Origin: a virus
Taxonomy: Duplodnaviria > Caudoviricetes
DNA: 64,000 bases
IMG/VR virus record: IMGVR_UViG_2616644925_000001
Span: 1 to 64,000 of that record
Strand: one strand, 5' to 3'
Below are positions 30,807 through 39,985 of the stretch, piece after piece. Under the pieces are notes generated by a model, which was given only the letters and a program-made list of their open reading frames with translations, was not told the origin of the DNA and did no database searches. The position numbers were made by a program, and so were the translations under genes. Numbering within the stretch: the stretch's first letter is position 1; each line of letters opens with the position of its first letter.

Positions 30807-30942
30807 GGAAACTTATGCTTGTGTTCGCTGTTTTAAGCGAATTAGCAGCGGTGAAGATTGCCTGATAACAATTTTCACCTTCCAGATAAATGCCTGATAA
30901 CATTTTCTGGATTCAATGAAGCCGCCTACGGGCGGTTTTTTT
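30807..30942 (+). ncRNA. Candidate antitoxin sRNA (TimR/IstR-like)
   Basis: Promoter TTGCAA-16-TATACT (30773-30800); first 21 nt complementary to the toxin leader (30526-30546); ends in a GC hairpin plus T7. Confidence 0.65.
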
Positions 30943-31365
30943 GTTGATGATTTTGACTTACTCTCTACATACAAAATAAGCATGACATAAATAGGCCGCA
31001 ATACAATACCTTGACCAAACGCAGTTGTTCGTTTTGTAATGAGAATTAAAAAAATAGTGATAAATATAAATAAGTTAAGCTGTGGATAACTCTTTTTCAA
31101 TTTTGATCGGGCGCGTATTTGTTATTCAATTGTAAAAGGATTAAGTAAGACTATTCCAGGCAATTCGTTATGATCTGCAGTATAACATTGTCAGTTTTTT
31201 GAAATGCCGCACAATTGTAAACGCGGATACTCGTCAACTCTTGATGCTTTCAGTTAGGTGCTTAGTAGCTAACACACTATACCCATGAAACCAGCAACGT
31301 TTGTCGCACGCTGTTATCTGGGCCACCAGCATAAAAAAAGCCACCCGATGGCGGCCTTTAGTCAA

Positions 31366-31581
31366 TCATATATTATTTTTTAGTAAAGCATAAAGCATTG
31401 CTCTGCTGTCGATTGTGTTCCCGTTCAGGTCTTTGCACACCCAGTTTTTACGCTGAAACGTGATGTAGCAGTCGGTGCGGTTAATGCGCAGCGGTTCGCT
31501 TCTGCCTGCTTCTACAAACCCTTTTGCCTTCCAAATGCCGCGCATCTTATCCAGTTCGATCTGCTTCAAACCTAAGTTCAT
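31366..31581 (-). CDS. Small hypothetical protein divergent from umuD
   Basis: 71 aa followed by a terminator. Confidence 0.5.
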   Translation of the reverse strand: MNLGLKQIELDKMRGIWKAKGFVEAGRSEPLRINRTDCYITFQRKNWVCKDLNGNTIDSRAMLYALLKNNI

Positions 31582-31665
31582 AGTGATTAAATTCGTAAAA
31601 TTTTAGAGTGAGCTTATTCTTATATGAAATCGCCCACTGGTCAATTCCATATCCTTAATCTTATA

Positions 31666-31681
31666 CTGTGTTTTTATACAG
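31666..31681. promoter_or_regulatory. LexA (SOS) box
   Basis: CTGTGTTTTTATACAG (CTG-N10-CAG) upstream of umuD. Confidence 0.9.
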
Positions 31682-31693
31682 TTAAAAGGAGGG

Positions 31694-32140
31694 GTGATTA
31701 TGCGCTTAGAGATAATAGCAATACCTGATGAAGCCGCGCCCAGACAGGCTTTCAGGCAGTTTCTTGAAACGGTCGCAGCGGGCTTTCCGTCTCCGGCAAT
31801 CGGATACGAAGATACTCCGCTGGACCTGAACGAGTATTGCGTCAGGGCCAAAACGGCCACCTATTTTGTACGCTGCGAGGGTGAGTCGATGATAGGGGCC
31901 GGTATTTTTGACGGCGATCTGCTGGTGGTTGATAAATCGAAGGCGGCGGCAGACGGCCAGATCGTAATTGCCTCTGTGGACGGGGAGTTTACGGTAAAAA
32001 AGCTGCAGCTGAGGCCAGTGCCGATGCTGCTGGCCATGAATCCGCGCTATAAGCCGATCCCTGTCGAGCCTGATGGTCTGGAAATATGGGGGGTGGTGAC
32101 ATACGTCATCCACCGTACTGACAATGTTCCTGCACAGTGA
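31694..32140 (+). CDS. umuD: UmuD-like S24 autoprotease subunit of Pol V
   Basis: AAGFPSPA cleavage site, GESM catalytic Ser, FTVKKL catalytic Lys. Confidence 0.92.
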   Translation: MIMRLEIIAIPDEAAPRQAFRQFLETVAAGFPSPAIGYEDTPLDLNEYCVRAKTATYFVRCEGESMIGAGIFDGDLLVVDKSKAAADGQIVIASVDGEFTVKKLQLRPVPMLLAMNPRYKPIPVEPDGLEIWGVVTYVIHRTDNVPAQ

Positions 32141-33389
32141 CGTTAATGCCTTCTACGTGTCGGCCGAGCTGGCATTCAGGCCGGACCTTTACGGGCGTCC
32201 TGTCGTGGTAGCGACCAACAATGACGGCTGTATTGCGGCGCTGAACCGCGAGGCGAAAAACGTAGGCCTGAAGCGGGGCGATCCGCTGTTTAAAATCCGC
32301 GATACCATCCGACGTTACGGCGTGGTGGTGTTCAGCAGCAACTACACGCTGTACGACGCATTCAGTAAGCGTTTCCATACGATAGTGGGCGAGTATGTCC
32401 CGAACCTGGAAGCGTACTCGATCGACGAGGTGTTTGGCTCTCTGGACGGCATGGAGAAGCTGGTGGACTTCCAGACGTTCGGAGAAGATATCCGGCGCAC
32501 CGTAATCCAGCACACCACGATGAAGTGCGGCATAGGGATAGCAGAGACGAAGACGCTCTGTAAGGTAGCCACGCACGCAGCAAAGACCTGGCCTAAAACA
32601 GGCGGCGTGGTGGTGCTGACCGACCCGAAACGGCGCGACAAGCTGCTATCGTTGCTCGACGTCTCCGAGACGTGGGGTGTCGGCAGAAAGATAGGGGCCA
32701 GACTGCAGCTGATGAACATCAAAACCATGCTCGACCTTGCCCGCGCTGACACAACTATGATCCGCAAAAACTTCAATGTGATGCTGGAGCGCACCGTGCG
32801 GGAGCTGCGCGGCGAACGCTGCTTCGAGCTCGAAGAGAACCCGCCGACTAAGCAGCAGCTGGTGGTAAGCCGTTCGTTCGGCAAACGGCTCACCAGCCTG
32901 GATGAAGTGAGTAACGCGGTTTGCTTCTTTGCCACCAGCGCCGGTGAAAAACTGCGGCGTGAAAAGCAGTACTGCCGGAATATCACGGTATTCATCCAGA
33001 CCAGCAAACATGATCCGCGCCGCCCGTATTATTCACGCGGTGCCAGCCATTCGTTTACGACGGCCACGCAGGATACCCGCGATCTGATTGATGCCGCCGT
33101 GCGCGGCCTCAGAGCTATCTGGCGGGAGGGCTATGAGTATGCGAAGGCCGGAGTGATGCTGGGGGAGATCTGCGGCTCAGAGCAGCAGCTGAACCTCTTT
33201 GATGAGTCACCGCCGCGCCCTGGAAGCGATAAGTTGATGGCTGTGATGGATAAGCTGAACAGCTACCAGCGCGGCACGCTGTTTATTGCCGGTCAGGGTG
33301 TCAATCCGGCCTACCAGATGAAGCGGGAAATGTTATCTCCGCGCTATCTGACGCGCTGGGAAGAGCTACCCATCGTAAAGATGAAGTAA
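32124..33389 (+). CDS. umuC: UmuC-like Y-family DNA polymerase
   Basis: DVNAFY, NNDGC, SSNY, YSIDE and MKREMLSPRY motifs. Confidence 0.95.
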   Translation: MFLHSDVNAFYVSAELAFRPDLYGRPVVVATNNDGCIAALNREAKNVGLKRGDPLFKIRDTIRRYGVVVFSSNYTLYDAFSKRFHTIVGEYVPNLEAYSIDEVFGSLDGMEKLVDFQTFGEDIRRTVIQHTTMKCGIGIAETKTLCKVATHAAKTWPKTGGVVVLTDPKRRDKLLSLLDVSETWGVGRKIGARLQLMNIKTMLDLARADTTMIRKNFNVMLERTVRELRGERCFELEENPPTKQQLVVSRSFGKRLTSLDEVSNAVCFFATSAGEKLRREKQYCRNITVFIQTSKHDPRRPYYSRGASHSFTTATQDTRDLIDAAVRGLRAIWREGYEYAKAGVMLGEICGSEQQLNLFDESPPRPGSDKLMAVMDKLNSYQRGTLFIAGQGVNPAYQMKREMLSPRYLTRWEELPIVKMK

Positions 33390-33579
33390 TTTGAGATAAG
33401 TACGTCATTATCAGCAATTTAACTTAAGTGTAATTATAGAGTAATCAGTGCCACTACTTTTAGTAGTTGAGCTGATCACTTCTTGATCGCTTCTTAGAGT
33501 GTGCCTACAATCAGAAAAAACCGAAAACGCATAAAGTAATGAAATGCGTTAACTTTTTCTGGCTTGGAGTTGTACGGAT

Positions 33580-33726
33580 ATGACTGACACAGCAAACTTT
33601 GCTTTTGTTTTAATGACACTTTTCTTTGCAGTACTGGCGCTGGCAACTGTCGCTACCTTGTGCGGATTGCCTGCGATGTTGCGTGCATTTGACGCCTACA
33701 TAGCAAAATCGAACACCTTAAACTGA
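33580..33726 (+). CDS. 48-aa single-pass membrane peptide (not in the ORF track)
   Basis: MTDTANFAFVLMTLFFAVLALATVATLCGLPAMLRAFDAYIAKSNTLN; GGAG upstream. Confidence 0.45.
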   Translation: MTDTANFAFVLMTLFFAVLALATVATLCGLPAMLRAFDAYIAKSNTLN

Positions 33727-33894
33727 TCCTCCGATACATCCCGCTTTAAATTTATGCTTATCTGATGACCTGCTGGATGCACTTAAAGCCAGCAGGTATC
33801 AGTTTTATCTGTCAAATTAAGGTTAACATTAAATTTAAATAAATTTTAGAATGTAATAAACTCCAGCGTGGAATTAACCACTGGAATATTACAC

Positions 33895-34071
33895 ATGACC
33901 GGCACTACTAAATCCCTCAATCTGAGCCAGCCGTTTCTTGTCAGCGCTTTAATCGCTGAAATCGCAAAACAATCACCTCATGCCAAAGTGAATAAGGCAC
34001 AGTTCGCTGCCATTGTGGATGCGGCTAACCGTGTAGTTATTGCCTTCAATCGTGATAGCGGTGATGCCTGA
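33895..34071 (+). CDS. Small hypothetical protein
   Basis: MTGTTKSL...; stop overlaps the next start. Confidence 0.55.
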   Translation: MTGTTKSLNLSQPFLVSALIAEIAKQSPHAKVNKAQFAAIVDAANRVVIAFNRDSGDA

Positions 34072-34715
34072 TGACTGAACGTTTTTACATGATCTGCACC
34101 AGGGATACGGTAGGCAGTAATGCCTCTTTCTGGTGCCAGAATGGTCACGGCTACAACACCAATATCGCAAAAGCACATGTCTATACCCTGGCAGAAGCAC
34201 AGAGCTGCTGGAATACAGGCCGGATTATCGATCAACCCGTTTGCGCTGACAGCGTGGATGCGCTGGCCGTCGTTCACGTTGACCACCAGCACGTACCCGG
34301 TGAGTCGGTTATTACTCCTGATTGCAGTAGATACGTTGCTTTTCAGAAAGGGCGCTGGGATGGCAATGATCTGTACTGGCTCCGAAACGGCGGCCTGCCG
34401 ACGACCGACTTCACGCAAGCGACCATTTTCGATAGACCGGGCGATACGGCCGAGCTGGTTTGGCTACCGTTCGCCACGGCCGACGCAGTAAAGCGCCGCA
34501 CGTTCCCGATCGCCATGCTGGATCATCGCCGCATGGTGCAGGGTGCTGGCCTGCGAGTACCGGCGCATATCAGTCGCGCCCGCCGCCGCAAGCCAGGCAC
34601 TGGAAAGACGCGCCTCAACTGCCCGGACTGTGGGCGCATTCACTGGCAACTCAATCCGTATGTCTTTGAAGGCTGCGCTGACTGGCAGTGTGCGGGAGCG
34701 CGTACGCATGGATAA
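34071..34715 (+). CDS. Phage hypothetical protein with C-terminal CxxC
   Basis: 214 aa; coupled operon. Confidence 0.65.
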   Translation: MTERFYMICTRDTVGSNASFWCQNGHGYNTNIAKAHVYTLAEAQSCWNTGRIIDQPVCADSVDALAVVHVDHQHVPGESVITPDCSRYVAFQKGRWDGNDLYWLRNGGLPTTDFTQATIFDRPGDTAELVWLPFATADAVKRRTFPIAMLDHRRMVQGAGLRVPAHISRARRRKPGTGKTRLNCPDCGRIHWQLNPYVFEGCADWQCAGARTHG

Positions 34716-35187
34716 GGCCGTATTAGACATGTGCTGTGGCCCGCGCATGATGTGGTTCGATAAAGCCGATCCCCGCGTGCTGTATTCTGATATCCGGGAA
34801 GAGACTCACCAGCTGCCCGACAGGGAGCTGGTTATCAGCCCGGACGTGATTGCCGACTTCCGATCTTTACCGTTCCCGGATAACTCATTTTATGTGATTG
34901 CCTTCGACCCGCCGCACCTGGAGCGGGCAGGCGAAAAGGGCTGGCAACGCCTTAAATATGGAGTGCTCAATCGCGGAACCTGGCGCAACGATCTGCGCGC
35001 CGGATTTGCTGAGGCCTTCCGCGTGCTGCGTCCGAACGGCCTGCTGATTTTTAAATGGAATGAAACGCAGATCCGGGCGCGGGACATTCTGGCACTAACT
35101 GATCAGAAACCCCTGTTTGGCCACATCAGCGGGAAGCGTGGTTTAACGCACTGGTTTACCTTCATCAAAGACGGAGAGCAGCAATGA
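34708..35187 (+). CDS. Small SAM-dependent (putative adenine DNA) methyltransferase
   Basis: LDMCCGPRMMWFDK, FDPPHL and RVLRPNG motifs. Confidence 0.85.
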   Translation: MDKAVLDMCCGPRMMWFDKADPRVLYSDIREETHQLPDRELVISPDVIADFRSLPFPDNSFYVIAFDPPHLERAGEKGWQRLKYGVLNRGTWRNDLRAGFAEAFRVLRPNGLLIFKWNETQIRARDILALTDQKPLFGHISGKRGLTHWFTFIKDGEQQ

Positions 35188-35537
35188 ACCTGCGCAAGTT
35201 CTTCCGACTCAAAGCGCCCTGCGCGAACTGCCCGTTTCTGAAAGCTGGTGGCATCAAGCTGAATCCCGGACGCCTTGAGGGCATCAAAGCGCACCTGTTG
35301 CTAGACGACTACTCATCGTTCTATTGCCATAAAACCACGCATAGATCTGGCGAGGAAGAGGGCGAAGGCGGCGAGATTTATAGCCCGTCCGGGAAAGAAG
35401 CGCATTGCGCCGGCGCCGTGGCATTTTTGCTATCCCGCGGCCGTCATAACATAGCTATGCGCCTGGCGTTCATTGAGGGTCATACAACGCCTGCTGACTT
35501 TGAGCCAGCAATAAAACTGATCGCCACAGAGAACTGA
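35184..35537 (+). CDS. Cys/His-rich phage hypothetical protein
   Basis: PCANCPF...FYCHKT...HCAGA. Confidence 0.65.
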   Translation: MNLRKFFRLKAPCANCPFLKAGGIKLNPGRLEGIKAHLLLDDYSSFYCHKTTHRSGEEEGEGGEIYSPSGKEAHCAGAVAFLLSRGRHNIAMRLAFIEGHTTPADFEPAIKLIATEN

Positions 35538-35547
35538 GGAAGCCGCC

Positions 35548-35817
35548 ATGATCAACGATCGTCTGACTGATAAAGAGCTGGAAATGTTCGCCGCTGAACC
35601 GCAGAACAACCTGGCATTTGCGCCAAATCACGCGCTGACGCAGATGATGGCCAGAGAGCTGCTGGCGCTGCGCCGTACCGGTTCGGAGCTGGTGGAAGTG
35701 GCAAAGGCAGGGCTGGAGTATATCGACGCGATCCCGGCTGATATCGCTGACGCATTTGACACTATGCCGGGTTTTGACCGTGACTGGGCCGAAGAAACCA
35801 TAAGTGAGGTGAAATAG
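35548..35817 (+). CDS. Phage hypothetical protein
   Basis: MARELLALR motif common in early phage genes; GAGG RBS. Confidence 0.6.
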   Translation: MINDRLTDKELEMFAAEPQNNLAFAPNHALTQMMARELLALRRTGSELVEVAKAGLEYIDAIPADIADAFDTMPGFDRDWAEETISEVK

Positions 35818-35919
35818 CAGGTGCTGATTGGTAAAAAGCGGGAATAGCTATAATTTTTTAGCAATAGCACGCTATGCGCAAAGCGTGCTACTGGTTTAGG
35901 TATTAATGTCAGCTAATAA

Positions 35920-36729
35920 TTAACTTAAATATTCCATAAGATTCATTATTACACGTTTTTGGAGAGAAAGATTTGTATATGTCAGCTGAGCAAAGTGTTT
36001 AATTGCGCGATCAAAATCCCTATCGATATTTGCTGGAGTGCAAATAACGTCAGCTCCATTTGAACGAACTACGGGAGAGGCGACAGAATAATCTTCGCTA
36101 TCTCTATAAAAAAGCGCATTGCCGTCTAAAGATAATACAAAGTTATGTCTAAACTTATGGGGTATAGAATTTTGGTTATAGTAATCATCGATATCTTTGG
36201 CGAGGTCTGATGTATCGCCCTCAATTCTATTGCAAATCAAGAAAGTATAAGCGTGGTTCCAGTTTTGCTCCCTGTCATATATGTCGCCATTGTGACCAGC
36301 AGAGCGTAGACTAACTTCAAAACTAACCATTTTGACTTTTGCTAGTTTTACTAAAGCCTCTTTCAACTGCGACTGCTTCAAGTTAGATTTAACCTCTCCT
36401 ATGCCTTTGATGCAATCAGCTGGAAAGAACTGGTTAAGGTTATCATCCTGAATTAAGGGGGTAAGCTCTTTATCATAAAGTATGATATCACATTGCGTAC
36501 TTACGCTATTTTTTTGAGATACGATAAAACCTGTTGAAACAGCCGTATAACCCGGAATGAATGCTTTCAGAAAATCAGCAGTCAGATTTTCTCTATATCT
36601 TCCAAATTCAGCTGCATGAAACGTTTTTCTTTCGCTGTTAAAATACAGGTCTACTGAGTCATCTGAAAAGATACTCTTGAATCTTTTTGCCTTGTGATTA
36701 AGGATTTTATTTATTATATTTGCGCTCAT
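35920..36729 (-). CDS. NucC-like/DUF6602 PD-(D/E)XK nuclease, AT-rich
   Basis: GRYRE...TGFIV...STQCDIILYD...GEVKS. Confidence 0.7.
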   Translation of the reverse strand: MSANIINKILNHKAKRFKSIFSDDSVDLYFNSERKTFHAAEFGRYRENLTADFLKAFIPGYTAVSTGFIVSQKNSVSTQCDIILYDKELTPLIQDDNLNQFFPADCIKGIGEVKSNLKQSQLKEALVKLAKVKMVSFEVSLRSAGHNGDIYDREQNWNHAYTFLICNRIEGDTSDLAKDIDDYYNQNSIPHKFRHNFVLSLDGNALFYRDSEDYSVASPVVRSNGADVICTPANIDRDFDRAIKHFAQLTYTNLSLQKRVIMNLMEYLS

Positions 36730-36884
36730 TAGATTTCCTTTCTTGATAAATAATTCATATAGATGATGACTGTATTAATTTATAGTGCAGATTATGCTGG
36801 CTAAAGACTCTAAACGTATAAATTAATGAAGGCAATAATAAAAAACCCGCCGAAGCGGGTTTTAAATATTAAGATTAGAGCGTG

Positions 36885-37184
36885 TTACAGGCTCAGTGCA
36901 ATGCGCTTGCCATCAGGTAGCGTCACGTCGAGCGCCAGTTCTCCGCCCAGAGCAGCGATGTAGCGTCTTAACGTAGACAGCTTAGGATCGTTATCAACCT
37001 TCTCCATTTTTGCCACAGAAGGCTGCTTTACGCCTAACACTTCAGCTAAATGAGTCTGCGAAACAGATAATTCTTCGCGCAGCTTGGCAAGTGTAATTTC
37101 CTGACGGATTTCAGCAGCACGCGCCTCGATGCGCGCACGGCTTTCCGGGGAGCGTTTAGCCATCATTTCTTTAAGCGTTGCCAT
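36885..37184 (-). CDS. higA: HigA-like XRE antitoxin
   Basis: Start MATLKEMM; HTH SQTHLAEVLGVKQPSVAKME. Confidence 0.8.
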   Translation of the reverse strand: MATLKEMMAKRSPESRARIEARAAEIRQEITLAKLREELSVSQTHLAEVLGVKQPSVAKMEKVDNDPKLSTLRRYIAALGGELALDVTLPDGKRIALSL

Positions 37185-37542
37185 CGTCTTTAGTCTCCGG
37201 TGATTCCAGATGCGAAGTGAACTCGGTATCTGCAATTTTAATCATACGTTTGTAGAACAATTTTTCGTCTTCACCCTTTTTGTCTCCGGCACACAGAACA
37301 ATCGCTTTACGTTCCGGGTCAAAGGCAAAGAAGGCGCGAAATGGGTGCCCGCCTATCTGTACACGCAACTCTTTCATGTTTTTGTACTTAGACGCTTTAA
37401 TCTGATCTACCTGCGGACGCCCTAATTGAGGGCCGATCTCTTCAAGTATCAGGAAGTATGCTGCAATTTCTTCCTGAACCTCTTCAGTCTGCCCTTCGTA
37501 CCAAACATCAAACAGCTTTCTTGTGATGACTTCCCATGCCAT
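37171..37542 (-). CDS. higB: HigB/RelE-like (Gp49/Tad) toxin
   Basis: GPQLGRP...MKELRVQ...RAFFAFDPERKAIVLCAGDK. Confidence 0.85.
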   Translation of the reverse strand: MAWEVITRKLFDVWYEGQTEEVQEEIAAYFLILEEIGPQLGRPQVDQIKASKYKNMKELRVQIGGHPFRAFFAFDPERKAIVLCAGDKKGEDEKLFYKRMIKIADTEFTSHLESPETKDDGNA

Positions 37543-37557
37543 TAAGCGATCTCCATG

Positions 37558-37600
37558 TATAACCTGCGAGCTATGTGAAGGTTATAGCCTGCGGGGTATA
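37558..37600. promoter_or_regulatory. Tandem imperfect palindromic operators of higBA
   Basis: tataacctgcgagctat and tatagcctgcggggtata. Confidence 0.55.
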
Positions 37601-37746
37601 ATAGCAAGCTATTAATAGTGTTTTATTAAAAGAGATTAAATGGTTTTGTTTGTATTGACAATCAAATGTGAGCTCTATAAATTGCACGTCATGGCGCTGC
37701 TTTAGCGCCACCGCCCTGGCGGATCCAGGCACTAAGGAAGACTGTT

Positions 37747-38427
37747 ATGAATATCTCTCCAATGACTGCCACCACTGCGCTCCAGCACATGTCTTACACC
37801 CTGACCGGCGCAATCAAGCAGAGCCAGCAGCCTGGCTTTATCGCGGCAGAAGCCTACGCGGATATCAAAAATAATTACGAGCTGGTGGCTACCAACTGCA
37901 CAGACCTGGCGACCGTTGTCTGGCTGCGTAATCACCTCTGCTTTGGCTACAGTGGCGATGAGCACACTTTTGAAGAGATCAACCTGGGCTACCGCGATCA
38001 CATCGACTTCATCCTCAAATCAGGCTGGCGTCCGGGTACTGCACCGGCGCACAGAATGACGCTCAGCAATATGTTTGAGCTGGACTGGTGGGACCCTCAG
38101 CAGATCGTAGTGACTTCACACACTGCGGATACCGTCACCGGTACGGCCACCATGACAGACACGGAAGGCGAATATCAGTTCGCGTTTGAGTGGACCATGA
38201 TCATGTGTGAAAAGGCCGAGGAGTATAACCTGCCGTTTATGGTGTACATCACGGCAGCACGGTTTAACCTGCCGTATGAGTTCTCTCTGTTTGAATATGA
38301 CGGAAGCCCGCTTGATGCCCTGACGGCGTTACAGGAAATGGATTGCGCGCAGGGATTCTGTAATGAGTATTTCACCGACATCTATCAACAATATACCCCT
38401 GCAGAGGGAGAAATTAACCGAGGCTAA
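37747..38427 (+). CDS. Hypothetical protein
   Basis: 226 aa with AAGGA RBS. Confidence 0.65.
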   Translation: MNISPMTATTALQHMSYTLTGAIKQSQQPGFIAAEAYADIKNNYELVATNCTDLATVVWLRNHLCFGYSGDEHTFEEINLGYRDHIDFILKSGWRPGTAPAHRMTLSNMFELDWWDPQQIVVTSHTADTVTGTATMTDTEGEYQFAFEWTMIMCEKAEEYNLPFMVYITAARFNLPYEFSLFEYDGSPLDALTALQEMDCAQGFCNEYFTDIYQQYTPAEGEINRG

Positions 38428-38429
38428 TC

Positions 38430-38654
38430 ATGACCGAAAAAGCACGTAATCCACGGGCTTCAAATGCACTTAAAGGAGCCGTTCCCGCGACGGCTCAGAT
38501 TCAGATGCGCGTCATCCAGGAAGTTAAAAACCGGTACGTTGCGCAGGCGCAGCGGGAAGGGATGAAACTCTCAGAGTGGATACAGCATCACCTTAACGAC
38601 GTGTGCCAGCTGGCGGACGCCGCAAAGCAACAGGATAAGAACACCAGTGATTAA
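38430..38654 (+). CDS. Ribbon-helix-helix-like small DNA-binding protein
   Basis: IQMRV...AQREGMKLSEWI. Confidence 0.65.
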   Translation: MTEKARNPRASNALKGAVPATAQIQMRVIQEVKNRYVAQAQREGMKLSEWIQHHLNDVCQLADAAKQQDKNTSD

Positions 38655-38955
38655 ACAGGAAATCAGGGCGCTGTTTCTGGCACACGGCTTCATAATGGAG
38701 CAGCAGCCTGATGGCAGTACCGATTTAAACCCTGCCTGCTACAGCGTCGCTCAGGCGCTTGCAGAGCGGTTTAGCGACATCTATGGTCAACCGGCAGGGA
38801 ATGTTGAGATTGCCGCTGGTGGTGGCGCAGAGGCACGCACAATGGCGCTGTTTCACGACAAAGCAGCCAGCATCGAGTTTCCGACGTTCATCATGCGCCA
38901 GCCGTCGCAAAAGCCCGCGCTGGCCACTAGAAAACATCCGGCGTCCGGGCGTTAA
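38647..38955 (+). CDS. Phage hypothetical protein
   Basis: Coupled operon; FLAHGF...QPDG motif. Confidence 0.55.
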   Translation: MIKQEIRALFLAHGFIMEQQPDGSTDLNPACYSVAQALAERFSDIYGQPAGNVEIAAGGGAEARTMALFHDKAASIEFPTFIMRQPSQKPALATRKHPASGR

Positions 38956-39317
38956 TGGACGACCGGCTAAGTAAGTTCGGCTGGCTCTCTTTTGAGGGCT
39001 GGCCGGACAGTGAAGTTCACGACTATCTCACCACGAAATGCGGCATCATCCACGCCCGCAAGTTACCGGACGGCAGCTGGACCGGGCTTCTGCGCCTTCT
39101 GTATACGCTCAGCGTCTGCATGGGGATCACGCCAACGGATGTGTACCAGTATCGCTGGTGTTTCGAAGACCCGGAAGAGGCGGTGTATCTGTGCAAAAAC
39201 GCCGTGGAAGTAGACGAGATACCGGAGCGCCGGGAGTCGCTGGTGGGCCACCGGCACACAACCGGGATCCCGCTCTATGTTGAGTTCGACCTGCTGGGCC
39301 TGCCAAAGTGGCGTTAA
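38955..39317 (+). CDS. Phage hypothetical protein
   Basis: Coupled operon. Confidence 0.6.
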   Translation: MDDRLSKFGWLSFEGWPDSEVHDYLTTKCGIIHARKLPDGSWTGLLRLLYTLSVCMGITPTDVYQYRWCFEDPEEAVYLCKNAVEVDEIPERRESLVGHRHTTGIPLYVEFDLLGLPKWR

Positions 39318-39392
39318 CACTTCTTACTGACTGACCACCAGCTATCCGGCTGGTGGCCGGTTATCATTTCAAGCAATTCAGAACGGCAGAAA

Positions 39393-39824
39393 ATGGAAAT
39401 CAGGATTAAATGCCCGCACTGCGGTTCGGGAAGCGTCAAGAGCAGCAGGGCGGTCTATGAGCAGGGAACATCAAACACGCGCAGCGTCAGCCACACGGGA
39501 TGGATATCAAATCGGGGATCGGGCGGCAGCAGGCGACAGGGCAAATCAACGCGTCAGTCAGTTGCTGCTTCGCGCAATGCGCCAGCAGGCCGAAAACTGG
39601 ATGTGCTTATTTTTGTCGCCTCGTTCCTCCTGTCTGCCTGGCTGATACTCGACATACCGGCGACCACAGTACTGGGTTCGGTAATTGCCGGAGCAATCAT
39701 CGCATCGCTGATAACCGCGCTGGTGGCGTACCTCAACCGGCACAACCGGCGCAGGGCGCGTGAGAACTACAATAGACAGTGGTATTGCAGCAAATGCGGT
39801 GACACGTTTTTACGTGACGGTTAA
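39393..39824 (+). CDS. Two-TM membrane protein with flanking CxxC zinc-ribbon halves
   Basis: CPHC...two hydrophobic helices...CSKC. Confidence 0.7.
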   Translation: MEIRIKCPHCGSGSVKSSRAVYEQGTSNTRSVSHTGWISNRGSGGSRRQGKSTRQSVAASRNAPAGRKLDVLIFVASFLLSAWLILDIPATTVLGSVIAGAIIASLITALVAYLNRHNRRRARENYNRQWYCSKCGDTFLRDG

Positions 39825-39985
39825 ACACAGTAGCTATTCGGATAATCTGGCAAGCTGGCTTATCAAGCCTTGCAAAGTCAGCTTTGCAAAATACAATTAA
39901 ATCATATAGATATGGTTATTTTTCGTAGTCAATGGCTCCCAAGCCTTGTAAGGTATCCGTACATGTTTAATACAATGGGTCTGTT

